The notes under the pieces: model-generated | The model's database searches: none | What the model was told of the DNA's origin: nothing | The model's input: only the letters and a program-made list of their open reading frames with translations | Program-made: the position numbers and the translations under genes | Shown here: one piece after another, positions 9,780-20,713 of the stretch | Layout of the letters: the number at the start of each line of letters is the position of its first letter | Numbering within the stretch: the first letter of the stretch is position 1 | Assembly (NCBI GenBank): GCA_963695855.1 | Contig: CAVOHZ010000003.1 | Location: forward strand, 32,001-96,000 | Origin: an uncultured Nitrososphaerales archaeon | Lineage (GTDB): Archaea > Thermoproteota > Nitrososphaeria > Nitrososphaerales > Nitrososphaeraceae | DNA: 64,000 nucleotides | Reading direction: 5' to 3'

Positions 9780-11867
9780 TTGAGAATAAAAAGAGATAAT
9801 ATGAAATCCCATGTTCTGATATTAGTTGCTTCTGTAATATTCTTAGCTGTTATAATAAATTCCAACCAACTTGCTAATGCTCAGAATTCATCTTTCCATA
9901 ATACCTCTAAAAGCGTCGAGCAACGATCAAGTTCTTCTTTAGAATCCATTACTACTACTACCACTGCTGGTTACAATTTTGAACCATTTCTGTTATTGAA
10001 CGGCACACAGTACCAGGATATTCCTCATAATAATACACTTTCTCTTCAAAATTTCACTGTTGCATCATGGATAAAAAATAATCAATCTACTTTACCAGGA
10101 CCTGCTATTTTAGTGAATAAAGGAGGATTTAACAGTGACGAAGAGGGTAAAAATATGAATTATGGGTTTTGGTTCTCAAGCAAGGGAATAATTCAAGGAG
10201 GATTTGAAACCAAATCTGGCGAGTATTTTGCAGTAAATTCTACAGAGAAATATAATGATGGAAAATGGCATTTTGTACTGTTAGCATATGATGGCAATTT
10301 ATTGAAACTAGATATAGATGGAAAAGAGGTGTCTACAAAAATAACTGGGGGAGCATTACCAGATAATACCGGTACCCAACCTTTAAGGATAGGAGCAAAT
10401 TCATTGGAAGAAGATAAATTTTTCAATGGTGCTTTGGATGAAATAAGGATATGGAATAAGAGTCTAAATGCATCTGAAATATCAAATGCATCCAATAATA
10501 ATATTTCTACTTCAATTAATCCTATTGTTTATTTAGATTTTAAAGAAAATGGTGATAATAACATTGTTCCGAATTTAGTTAATAATAGCAAGTTACAAAC
10601 AAAGAAAAGCGTCAATACGCTTCTCGAAAAAGAACAAAAAAAGTCTAATACAAATGAAAAAATAGATGTGCAAGCTTGGAACGAGCTTGTCCAACAAAAA
10701 TCAGGAAATACTCAGCAGAATAAAGCTGCATCTCTGTCCACTGACAAGACGAATTTCAATATAGCAGTTGCTGGTGATTTTGGTTGTTCTACAAGAGCTC
10801 AGGAAAATATAAAAAATATAGAACTTCAAGAACCTGAATTGTTTTTAGCTGTGGGAGATTTAGCATATAAACCAACTGCTGATTGCTGGTTTACTATGAC
10901 GAAAAATATAGATTCTAAAACTAAAATAGCAATTGGAAATCATGAAGATAAAGAAGAATTAGACGGATCTGATCTATTGATACAACAATATCTAGATCAC
11001 TATCAACTTCCCAATTCGTACTATTCTTTTAATCTCAAAAATCTTCACGTTCTTGTTTTAAATACCCAATTAGAATTTTCTGTGGATACTGTAGCGTCCT
11101 ATGCTACGTCTACACCAAATACAGATAATAATGATAAATCAGATTCTAAAGTTAAAGATCAATCTAATCTAGGGATTCCTGATACAAAATTAGAAGATTT
11201 ATTGAAAAAATACTCTCTCAAAATAAAAGTACCAAAACTTGACAAATTATTAGATAAAACGGCGCTAGTTCCAGATCTAGAAGTAGATCCCAAACAATAC
11301 GAGTTTGCTGCTGATGATTTGAAGAAAGCAAGCACTGATCAATCGATAGATTGGATATTTGTAATCTTTCATAAACCGATATACTCCTCACCCTCAAAAC
11401 AACTTGAAGAATACATAATTAGAGAAAAATATCAACCACTATTTGATCAGTATAATGTTGATCTAGTACTTCAAGGACACAATCATATCTATGATAGAAC
11501 TTTACCGATAAAATTTAACTCGCTTAATATAACCAATCCAATTGTAGATAAAGGAAATGACAATAGCCATTTCACTAATCCAGATGGCACCATATATACA
11601 GTGGTAGGAACAGGTGGAAAAGGACCAGTTCGTATCTCTGGTACTCCATTTTACACAGTTAGTCAAGATAGACCTATAGCAGGATTTTTGAATATAAATA
11701 TAGATGGAAAAGATTTGGAAGCGACATTTTATGATATTGGCTTAAAATGTAAAGAAATTAAATCAAAGAAAACTGGCCAACCTGTATTAGACATTGAATC
11801 ATGCCAACCAAGAGATGAATCCACACAACTAAAAATTGTAGATACATACAAAATATCAAAAAGATAG
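9780..11867 (+). CDS. Secreted LamG/concanavalin-like lectin + metallophosphoesterase fusion
   Basis: Signal peptide; FTVASWI, DGKWHFVLLAYDG, LRIGA, FNGALDEIRIWN (LamG); GDFG, GDLAY, GNHE, FHKP, GHNH (PAP). Confidence 0.9.
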   Translation: MRIKRDNMKSHVLILVASVIFLAVIINSNQLANAQNSSFHNTSKSVEQRSSSSLESITTTTTAGYNFEPFLLLNGTQYQDIPHNNTLSLQNFTVASWIKNNQSTLPGPAILVNKGGFNSDEEGKNMNYGFWFSSKGIIQGGFETKSGEYFAVNSTEKYNDGKWHFVLLAYDGNLLKLDIDGKEVSTKITGGALPDNTGTQPLRIGANSLEEDKFFNGALDEIRIWNKSLNASEISNASNNNISTSINPIVYLDFKENGDNNIVPNLVNNSKLQTKKSVNTLLEKEQKKSNTNEKIDVQAWNELVQQKSGNTQQNKAASLSTDKTNFNIAVAGDFGCSTRAQENIKNIELQEPELFLAVGDLAYKPTADCWFTMTKNIDSKTKIAIGNHEDKEELDGSDLLIQQYLDHYQLPNSYYSFNLKNLHVLVLNTQLEFSVDTVASYATSTPNTDNNDKSDSKVKDQSNLGIPDTKLEDLLKKYSLKIKVPKLDKLLDKTALVPDLEVDPKQYEFAADDLKKASTDQSIDWIFVIFHKPIYSSPSKQLEEYIIREKYQPLFDQYNVDLVLQGHNHIYDRTLPIKFNSLNITNPIVDKGNDNSHFTNPDGTIYTVVGTGGKGPVRISGTPFYTVSQDRPIAGFLNINIDGKDLEATFYDIGLKCKEIKSKKTGQPVLDIESCQPRDESTQLKIVDTYKISKR

Positions 11868-11870
11868 TAA

Positions 11871-12815
11871 ATGAGTGTCATTCATGTATTGAAATCTAAT
11901 TATATTATGACTTGTTTTATTCTTTTATGTTCTTTATTTTTCTCAACTGATTATTTTGTTAAGATTTCTTATTCATCTACAAATTCGACCGATTTTAATT
12001 TTGCATTGGTTGGTGATTGGGGTTGCACTCCAAATACAATAAAAACGGTAGACTCTATCCAAAAACACAATCCAGAGATAGTCTTTAGTCTGGGTGATAC
12101 ATCTTACCAACTTGACAGTGACTGTTGGTTAGACATAGTTAAACCAATATCTGACAAAATGAAGTCAGTAATTGGTAATCATGATACAATGACACCATAT
12201 ATGTTGAACCAATTAATGAATTATTTTGGATTATCCAAACAATATTATTCATTCGATTACGATAGTATTCATTTTCTGATCATGTCCTCTGAATTTTTAT
12301 ATCTTTCTGGTTCTGGACAGTATAGTTTTGTTGAAAATGATTTATCTAAAGCCTCCAAAAACCCAGATATAAAATGGATTATTGTGTTGATACATAGACA
12401 ACAATATTCTTCACTTTGTGGACTTCATGACTCTTGTGACCCGATAAAAAAATTGAGGGATACCTACCATCCCCTGTTTGAAAAATATGGGGTTGACTTA
12501 CTGTTTAGCGGCCATGCGCATAATTACCAAAGAACCTATCCGCTATCATATAATAGCATAAATTCATCACAACCAATTATCAACGATAACGGCAAAACTG
12601 AATACATATCCCCTAAAGGAATGTTTCAGATAGTTGTAGGGACTGGAGGGATCGATTTTGATCCTTTTACCAATCAAGAACCTTATGTTGCATACCAGCA
12701 AGATTCTAGCTATGGATTTTTAAACGTGGATGTAGCCGATCATGCAAATATGTTTATAGGTAGATATTATTCCAATAATGGCACTATATTAGATGAATTT
12801 AAAATCACTAAATAA
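11871..12815 (+). CDS. Secreted metallophosphoesterase, close paralog of 5753-6871
   Basis: GDWG, GDTSY, GNHD, IHRQ, GHAH; long identical peptide blocks shared with 5753-6871. Confidence 0.9.
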   Translation: MSVIHVLKSNYIMTCFILLCSLFFSTDYFVKISYSSTNSTDFNFALVGDWGCTPNTIKTVDSIQKHNPEIVFSLGDTSYQLDSDCWLDIVKPISDKMKSVIGNHDTMTPYMLNQLMNYFGLSKQYYSFDYDSIHFLIMSSEFLYLSGSGQYSFVENDLSKASKNPDIKWIIVLIHRQQYSSLCGLHDSCDPIKKLRDTYHPLFEKYGVDLLFSGHAHNYQRTYPLSYNSINSSQPIINDNGKTEYISPKGMFQIVVGTGGIDFDPFTNQEPYVAYQQDSSYGFLNVDVADHANMFIGRYYSNNGTILDEFKITK

Positions 12816-13075
12816 AAAATCTACTCTTGTAGAAAATCTGGTTTTATCACATATGCATACCTATTAGTTAGAATTTTCGTAGTATGATATCTATCTGTGT
12901 TTTAAAAGGATAAAAATTAAAAGATTTATTTTTTTATAATAGTTCCTTCATATAGAATAGTCTATAAAGTAAGCCAAAATAAAATTTACATAATATTTTG
13001 TGAGAATCTCTTTTTATGTTTATAAACTAACGATTGAAAAGCAGTATTTAATCTTAGAATTTATTTAAAAAAAAT

Positions 13076-13597
13076 TTAGTTGTTGTAAGATTTTTCAATT
13101 TTTCTTACATAGTTAAAATAATTCTGTATTGAATCATTGTAGAACCTTCGAGTTACTTCAATGGATCTGTTAATAATTTCAACATTTCCTATTACAATAT
13201 CATTGATTATCTTGGTAGAGGATGTAATGCTATCGGATATGTTTTTGTTAAATTTGTTATATACGTCGCCATATCTTTCTGGAATCATAAAGTTGTTCCA
13301 GTAGGTTTTGTATAAATTATTTAATACCTGAGAATATCCGGATTGATATATATTTAGTATGTTTTTTTGTAATTCAATACAGCTATTTGAAATATCTTTA
13401 GATGTTTTAATAAATCGTTCTTGAAATTGATTTACACTATCAACATTATCTTGAAATATCTTTTTAGTTCCTTCCTGATATTCTATTAATTCTGTGTTTA
13501 TCTTATTAGCAGTTTCTTTAACGGTGGATGTAACTTCTTCTACTTGTTTTTTTTGCTGGTCTGCATTTTTTTCTATTTCTTCTTTCTTACTTGACAT
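13076..13597 (-). CDS. Phasin-like amphipathic helical protein (paralog family copy 1)
   Basis: Q/N/K-rich helical pattern with family motif ISN..IELQKNI...YQS...YW.NF.IPERY. Confidence 0.6.
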   Translation of the reverse strand: MSSKKEEIEKNADQQKKQVEEVTSTVKETANKINTELIEYQEGTKKIFQDNVDSVNQFQERFIKTSKDISNSCIELQKNILNIYQSGYSQVLNNLYKTYWNNFMIPERYGDVYNKFNKNISDSITSSTKIINDIVIGNVEIINRSIEVTRRFYNDSIQNYFNYVRKIEKSYNN

Positions 13598-14144
13598 GGG
13601 TTTAAGATCAGGCTAACCATCACATAAAAACTTTATGTAAATTCTGGTACAATAGAAATATAAAAAATATTCAATTTGTAAAATAAAATTCAAATTTCTT
13701 AACAAATCCGCGAAATATTTTATTTATTTTTCAATCCCATTTATAAATCGGTACCTTTTATATTTTACCATCAAAAATAACCCTTCATCATCCAATCTCA
13801 ATTTAAGTATTCTCTACCTAGGTTTTTTGAATTTTCCTTTTCTTCGTTTGTCCATTTTTAAGTTGCATCATTTTACTTAGAAATTGCACAAATTCAAAAA
13901 AATATTAGAGTGTATTAGACTATGATAATCTCATTTTATTGTTGTTTTCATTTAAATTTATATACCAATTTACACTTGCATGAATCCCAAATCTTGCATG
14001 ATTTCCATATGTCTTTAGACAGAAATATCTTGACCAAAGAGTTAATTGATATGTCATCTGTCTGGCTATATTCTTAAAAATACTTGCCATCTTGATAAGT
14101 ATTTTTTAACAAACAAGTATTTCTTATTCTATTTTGTTATTGCC

Positions 14145-14276
14145 TCAGTATTTTATATATTGTACAGCATGTTTTTCGGCATGACAGGTATCAGAGCAAT
14201 AATAATCATCACACATGTAACAGAAAACTGGATAATCTTGAGTCTTTTTTCCACAATTTGCACAGGTTACTGACAT
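14145..14276 (-). CDS. 43-aa zinc-finger microprotein (not in ORF track)
   Basis: MSVTCANCGKKTQDYPVFCYMCDDYYCSDTCHAEKHAVQYIKY*: CxxC, CxxC, CxxxC, HxxxH. Confidence 0.7.
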   Translation of the reverse strand: MSVTCANCGKKTQDYPVFCYMCDDYYCSDTCHAEKHAVQYIKY

Positions 14277-14490
14277 ATCCATAATTACTAATATGTCATA
14301 ATGATATGTAAATATTACTCTGGATGAAAAAAATAATCGTGTTAACCGACCAACAATCTAGATCTCATTAAAGAGAATTTTGGGCATTTAACCTAAAAGA
14401 TAATGATATACAATAATCAAAGTCTTCCTGAATTTCCATAATCATATCGGTGTTTAAACGACTCGGTTAAATGTTCGTTAAACATTTATT

Positions 14491-15006
14491 TTATTTTATC
14501 TTCGACCTTTTGATTTTTTCCTGCAATAACATGCAACCTTGAATCAGTGTTTCAGGTCTTGGAGGACAACCTGGTACATAGACATCAACGGGTATAACGC
14601 CATCAATCCCTGGAAGAACGTTGTACGAATCAATATACAGGCCACCTGTTATAGAACATGCGCCCATTGCAATGACATATTTTGGTTCTGCCATCTGGTC
14701 GTAAACCATCCTTAGCCTTGGAGCCATCTTTCTTGTAACCGTACCTTGAACAACAATAAGATCACACTGTCTTAATGAACCAAATGCTTCAATAATACCA
14801 AATCTTTCACAGTCATAACGCGGACTGGAAGTAGCTCCAAATTCAACACTACAACATGCAGTTTCAAGATGAACTGGCCATAGGGACCAAATTCTTCCCC
14901 AGTTTATTGCATACCCTAATGGTTGATCAAGAGCGTTGACTAGTACATCACTAACCTTGCTTACTAGAAGGTTAAAATTTGAAGGATTTATTAATTCTTT
15001 TAACAT
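14491..15006 (-). CDS. nuoB: NADH-quinone oxidoreductase subunit B (stand-alone copy)
   Basis: TACCSVE, RQCDLIVVQGT, MGACSITGG, YVPGCPPRPE N2-cluster motifs. Confidence 0.95.
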   Translation of the reverse strand: MLKELINPSNFNLLVSKVSDVLVNALDQPLGYAINWGRIWSLWPVHLETACCSVEFGATSSPRYDCERFGIIEAFGSLRQCDLIVVQGTVTRKMAPRLRMVYDQMAEPKYVIAMGACSITGGLYIDSYNVLPGIDGVIPVDVYVPGCPPRPETLIQGCMLLQEKIKRSKIK

Positions 15007-15403
15007 CTGTACTTGGTCAACCCTAAATATAATATATCATCAAGATAATTTATTCATTTGCAAAGCTATTTCAGTTTTTGATTCCAAGAATAAGACAGAT
15101 GAACATATTATCAATATTGAAACTCATATATTTTGCCTATATTTAGATCTTTTAAACATAAAAGATTAATAATAAAATCAACTCACTTGTTTTTAATTAA
15201 TGTTTGTTTACTTTCTTGATCAAATAGTTACATAAAATTATTACAATTTATTGATTTAATTGCAAGAACATATTATCATTTCATATGATAAAGGTCTATT
15301 TTTATTAACATAATTCCATTATATGGATTTCATCAATCACTAGTATTTTTAGGTAATTAGCTTAAAAAATAATAAATATCATAGATGGCTTTAACTTTAT
15401 GCA

Positions 15404-16285
15404 TTGGAATTAAATTATGATTACCCTCTTTATCGACCTCCTTCTGAAGCCAATTCTATGATCTTTCAAGTAACTTTGGGCTGTTCATTCAATAAGTGCT
15501 CATTTTGTAATATGTATAGAACAAAAGATTATTCTGAGAGACCATGGGAAGAGATAAAGATGGAAATAGATATTTCCTCAAAATACTATCCGGAAACTAC
15601 TAGAATTTTTCTTGCTGATGGTGATGCTCTCAATTTATCTGTGGAGAGATTAACACAGATACTAGATTATTTGTATCAGAAATTTCCATCGCTAGAAAGA
15701 GTTTCTTCATACGCTATGCCGAAAAATTTGCTACAAAAATCGGATAACGAATTACAATTGCTAAAAAAAGCAGGTCTAAACATGTTCTATGTTGGTATTG
15801 AAAGTGGGAATGATATTGTATTAAAAAAAGTTACCAAAGGGGCGACCTATAAAAACATTGTTCAAAGTTGCAATAAGGCTAGAGATAACGACTTCATTTT
15901 GTCTTGTATGGTTATACTTGGCTTGGGTGGTACAACCTACACAAAAGATCATATTGAAGATACCGCAAAGATTATTGGAGAAATTTCACCAGATTACGTT
16001 GGTGCACTAAATCTTCACCTAGAAGAGGGAGTATATGAGGAATTCATGGCTAAATATAATGAACCATTTACTTTCCTGGATGATATCCAAGTATTGGACG
16101 AATTGGACAGACTTATTTCAAATATAAATCCTTTCAGACCAATAATTTTCAGGGCAAATCATGCGTCAAATGTATATTCAATTAAAGGGACTCTTCCTAA
16201 TGACAAAGAGCACATTTTAAATTTAATTAGAAATTTGAAAAATCACCCTGAAATGTTAAAGCCCAAAATATTGAGACGGTTTTAA
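15404..16285 (+). CDS. Radical SAM protein
   Basis: YRPPSEA..GCSFNKCSFC (CxxxCxxC), FLADGDAL, GIESG, NHASN. Confidence 0.9.
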   Translation: MELNYDYPLYRPPSEANSMIFQVTLGCSFNKCSFCNMYRTKDYSERPWEEIKMEIDISSKYYPETTRIFLADGDALNLSVERLTQILDYLYQKFPSLERVSSYAMPKNLLQKSDNELQLLKKAGLNMFYVGIESGNDIVLKKVTKGATYKNIVQSCNKARDNDFILSCMVILGLGGTTYTKDHIEDTAKIIGEISPDYVGALNLHLEEGVYEEFMAKYNEPFTFLDDIQVLDELDRLISNINPFRPIIFRANHASNVYSIKGTLPNDKEHILNLIRNLKNHPEMLKPKILRRF

Positions 16286-16347
16286 AAAATTAAGATAAAT
16301 ATAATATAGAAATAAGAGAATAGGATCAATTCTAATTCTAATTAAAT

Positions 16348-16500
16348 GAGGCTGGATCATAATGTAACTAATAGATATTTGTAGTGGTATAAGTAGTAGT
16401 CTGATATTGAGAATCCCAACCATTCATTTGTTTGTGCGAGAAGTGTTTTCTCTATTTAATGCTGTCATAATGACCAAAGGGACGATAGAAAGGAAACCTG
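16348..16500 (-). mobile_element. Degenerate IS end related to the element at 4609
   Basis: GAGGCTGGATCATAAT resembles GAGGCCGGGTCATAAT; no intact ORF. Confidence 0.35.
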
Positions 16501-17238
16501 AAGGCTAATAATCCCGCGTCATATTTTATACGTCAATGTCTTTTATGCAACTAGTTTTCTCCAAGAAAATCAGAAAAAAAGGGTTTCATTATCATTATAG
16601 CGTTATTTTTGTTGTTTATATCTACCTTCTTTTGTTGTTATGTCCAATAAAATAGGTTTTGCTTATATCCATTAGATAGGTTATATCAGTAATTTTAATA
16701 AAATATCAATTATCAATCAAAAGTCAAGTAAAAAATAGTGCTGACCTATCACATTTTCATTTGAAATGTGATATATGGGGGATTTGTGTGTTATTTACTC
16801 TATATTTTTATCCGAAGTTGCAATAAGAGGATTAAATCCACCATTTCAGGTCCTTCCTAAAATTAAAAAAGAAGTCATATCGTAAAATATTGGTATTTCT
16901 ATGGTTTAATTGTATGTTATTCTGAAAATTTTACTTCTTGCCTTGTTTATTCGAATCTCTCATTTATCTCTAGTTTTTTATAGATATTTGTATAAAAAAA
17001 GGCAAAACCGAAAACAAATAACAACATATTGTTAGATAATAAAAAAATAAGATTTAGCCATTCGTGATTTTATGTAATACAACAGTAATTCTAAATTTTG
17101 AAAAATACAGTATCTTAAATCATTCTAGCATGCATATCACATTTTTGAGATAAGAAGGGGTAAGGCAAGTGTATCTTCGAAGTCATTTTTGATTGTTAGA
17201 CTGACAGGGAATTTATTAAAATTACTGATATAACCTAT

Positions 17239-17281
17239 CTAATGGATATAAGCAAAACCTAATGGATATAAGCAAAACCTA
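17239..17281. repeat. 20-bp tandem duplication CTAATGGATATAAGCAAAAC x2
   Basis: Read directly from the sequence. Confidence 0.9.
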
Positions 17282-17474
17282 TTTTATTGGACATAACAAC
17301 AAAAGAAGGTAGATATAAACAACAAAATACTATTGCTATGATATTAGCATCGGTATTGCTCTACCAGTTACTTTATACTATAACCAAATAAAAAATAACC
17401 AACGACAAAAATAACATACTATTATTGCTGAAAGTACAACAATATCTGTTAATTAAGGTATGATGCAGCGTCTC

Positions 17475-18758
17475 TTATTTATTGCTTGGTCGAAATCTCA
17501 AAATAGCGCCTATCTTGCCAAGGCTTGCTAGCTGTGTGCCTTCTTCAGTTTTCCCTGACAATACTTCAAGCTTGGACCCTGTCATAATTGATAATTCTTC
17601 TAAAAATTCAATAAGGTCCTGTTCATTTGCCTCAAGCTCATTGCTGCTACCTGCACAAGACGGACATGAGTTAGATAAAAGTTCTTGTTTAACAGATATC
17701 AAATCACTCCTGTCAATAAATTTTTCCTGAGTGTGCGAACATTTATTGCATTTAACCTCTAGTCTTAAAAAAGTAATATCATCAGTAACAATAACAAGAT
17801 CTGCGATTCCATTTCGAAGAGATTCAATTACATCAAAGATTCCGTAAATTCCGAGGCCTTTTCCTGAATGTACCTCACTCATAAAGTTCTTTATTATCTT
17901 CTTTTCTTCCATCAAACGATATTCCATCATTATACCTTGTTCATTGACCTTATCTATTAGTTCTCTAACACCTTCTCCTCCTGAATAAGAGGAATCCAGA
18001 ACAGCTATCACATTATTTTGTAACCTGTAATCGAGATACTCCTCCTTTAAAAAATTTTCCTTTGTAGGACCAGGCCCTCCTACGATTATCCCTTTGACAG
18101 GATATTCATCGATAAAAATCTTTTGAGAATAATCTGCAACTCTTTTATAATATTCATTTAACTCATTATCCCGTAGCCTTTCAAATCTTCTGGCAGATTG
18201 ACCACCTTGACGATGTTTTCCAGCCACACCAGAAGTCAGAGATTCGACTACTTCCCATCTATCCCCCGTCAATATTCCTAATCCTGCCTCCTGTGTATCC
18301 AGTGAAAGTATTCCAATTACCTTATCATCTTTCATCATGTCTTTTAGATGATCAATCCAAAAATGATCATCACATCTATACAGATTAATTTGGATGGGCT
18401 TTGGAGGAACCACTGAAAATATCTCAATTTTTTCAGTTCCAAAACCTTTTCCAGTGGGAATTGCACCACAAAATATTACAAGGCCGTTCTCTGGGGCTTC
18501 CTTATACAGTTTTAGATATTCGATTGTCCTGCTTAATGCATCCTGTACGTGAGTCCTTGTAAGATCTGATTTAATGTTTGATGCCGTCCCCGCTTCGTTT
18601 TTAAGTTGAGCCATAACATCATAGATTGGTCTTTTTGGAGGAATATAGACAGTCACAAGTTCGGTTCCGTGACCAGTAATATTTCCCAACTTGTTTATCA
18701 TTTTATTTAACTTATAACGTTTAACTGAATCCCAGTTACTTTCTGAAGATGACGACAT
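17475..18758 (-). CDS. prf1: Archaeal peptide chain release factor aRF1
   Basis: TASNIKS, YRCD and GGQS motifs; CxxC...CxxC zinc insert. Confidence 0.97.
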   Translation of the reverse strand: MSSSSESNWDSVKRYKLNKMINKLGNITGHGTELVTVYIPPKRPIYDVMAQLKNEAGTASNIKSDLTRTHVQDALSRTIEYLKLYKEAPENGLVIFCGAIPTGKGFGTEKIEIFSVVPPKPIQINLYRCDDHFWIDHLKDMMKDDKVIGILSLDTQEAGLGILTGDRWEVVESLTSGVAGKHRQGGQSARRFERLRDNELNEYYKRVADYSQKIFIDEYPVKGIIVGGPGPTKENFLKEEYLDYRLQNNVIAVLDSSYSGGEGVRELIDKVNEQGIMMEYRLMEEKKIIKNFMSEVHSGKGLGIYGIFDVIESLRNGIADLVIVTDDITFLRLEVKCNKCSHTQEKFIDRSDLISVKQELLSNSCPSCAGSSNELEANEQDLIEFLEELSIMTGSKLEVLSGKTEEGTQLASLGKIGAILRFRPSNK

Positions 18759-18901
18759 TTAACAGGATCTCAAATTCATTTATAATGCTATTTTATTGTT
18801 ATTGTAACTAAAATCGCAATTTTACCCTATAAACCTATTAGATACATTGTTACTTTGGTTTATAGATTTTAAATACGAAACCATAGCATTAATAACCAGT
18901 A

Positions 18902-19456
18902 ATGCTTCCAAGATTAGAATACATTAGACAGACTCGCCTCAAATTAGGAATAACCCAAAGAAAATTGGCCTCTTTATCTGGAATAAGTACCTCAATGATA
19001 AACCAAATAGAAACTGGAAGGTGTAAACCAAGTTATGATACTGCCAAAAAGATCTTTGAAATTCTTAGTTCCCTAGAAGGAAATTCATCAAAAAAAGCAG
19101 CAGATCTATGCAGCAGAAAAATCATTTTTGCCCAAAAAAATGACACTCTTTATAACGTAGTTGAAAAAATGAGGGACAATTTTGTAAGTCAAATACCTAT
19201 TTTTGATGGACAGAAAATAGTAGGAATTGTCTCTGAAGACAATCTTGCGAAAAAAATGGTTGAAAATGAAGAAAAAGATCTGAAGAAAATGACGATAGAA
19301 ATGGCGATGGAATCTCCTCCACCACTAATAGATTCTGAAACACCTGCGAAAGCACTTGTTCCATTAATCAGATTTGCAAAATGCATTCTTGTTACTGAAA
19401 GAGGAAATGTAATTGGAATAATTACAACAACAGATATCTTGAAAATGGTAGAATAG
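18902..19456 (+). CDS. XRE-type HTH + CBS-pair regulator
   Basis: RLKLGITQRKLASLSGISTSMINQIETG; SQIPIFDG..VGIV and VIGIIT..DIL CBS motifs. Confidence 0.9.
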   Translation: MLPRLEYIRQTRLKLGITQRKLASLSGISTSMINQIETGRCKPSYDTAKKIFEILSSLEGNSSKKAADLCSRKIIFAQKNDTLYNVVEKMRDNFVSQIPIFDGQKIVGIVSEDNLAKKMVENEEKDLKKMTIEMAMESPPPLIDSETPAKALVPLIRFAKCILVTERGNVIGIITTTDILKMVE

Positions 19457-19495
19457 AATCGAAATTCAAGATAAGAACAACATAAACTAAAAAAT

Positions 19496-19615
19496 CTAGA
19501 GTTTTTCCAAACCTATACAACAATCTGCACAACTTATGCACTCCTTACAGAGATTTAGTTCGTTCGAAGAATCAGAAATTGAAACCCCGCATAAGGCGCA
19601 CTGTTTTTTATTCAC
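19496..19615 (-). CDS. 39-aa cysteine-rich microprotein (not in ORF track)
   Basis: GTG start: MNKKQCALCGVSISDSSNELNLCKECISCADCCIGLEKL*; TTTAAATA box ends ~22 nt upstream. Confidence 0.6.
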   Translation of the reverse strand: MNKKQCALCGVSISDSSNELNLCKECISCADCCIGLEKL

Positions 19616-20506
19616 AATAATATAGGTATTTACAACTTATTTAAATCATTCCTTAAAATTAAAGGATATCAAGAATACCATGATAATGCAGAGATTTATT
19701 CGAAAATTTTATCCTGTATTTGAAAAGTTCAAATTTTCTACTCATATTTTGAAAAGGATTTTTTTTAGATTACTTGAATAAAAATATAGATTTTTACATT
19801 TGATTATCGTAAGCATTTTAGCGTAGGTATCTTTTTTGTAATCCTTATGTTTTCTTGATCTATTTTTGCACTTTGCTAAAAAGAATATCAATAATAATTA
19901 TCTATACACATTGTTTAGACACGTAATTGACTAAAACTTTCACAAACAAAATGGTTAAGGTAATTTTACAAATTTCAATTATTAAAACTTATCTAATAAT
20001 ATACCAAATGTTTTAATAACATATTTTTCAATCGGTATAAAGCAGTCCATAATTAACTTAATCAAAAAATGGTAAATATTAAAAAGTTACACAATATTAA
20101 AAAATCCATTAATTTATTATTCCATTTCATCGTGATTAATTTTTGGCGATTCTACTTTTAACTCTTCTTTGATCCTATTTTCCAAAACCAAAACAAAACA
20201 TATTTCCAATGCATCTAGTTAGAATTTGGATATGAAATGCAAAAAGTTAGGAAATCCAAAAGTTCTTGTTCTAAATATGAATCTACTTATTCATTTTGAC
20301 TAATCCAATATAAAAAAAATTATTATAAATTGTAAATAATAGAATAATGATAACATAAAGAAATTAGAAATAATAACAAGGAACAAAAATCATCAGTAAA
20401 AGTAGTATTATCAAATTATTTCAAAACAATATCCATCACAAAATTTAAAAGACCAAAAATTAATTTTATGAATAAAAGTTTTATATAACAAAACCATGAA
20501 AATATC

Positions 20507-20713
20507 ATGGTCTATAAATATATCAATATAATAGGAACATCTCCTAACAGTATAGATGATGCAGTAAGAGATGCAGTTAAAGAGGCAACACGAACCATTA
20601 ACAACATAGAATGGGCAGAACTTGGACGAGTGACATTCAAAATTTTAGAGAATAATGTCAAAGAGTTTCAGGCAGAAGTAAAAATAGGGTTCAAAATAGA
20701 AAAAAGAGATTAA
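20507..20713 (+). CDS. Dodecin (flavin-binding) family protein
   Basis: VYK.I.IIGTSP.SIDDA...A..EA..T...IEW.E...FQ.EVKIGF. Confidence 0.9.
   Translation: MVYKYINIIGTSPNSIDDAVRDAVKEATRTINNIEWAELGRVTFKILENNVKEFQAEVKIGFKIEKRD

Noticed and set aside
17239-17281. 20-bp tandem duplication as a regulatory array
   Set aside because: Only two copies, downstream of prf1; most simply replication slippage.
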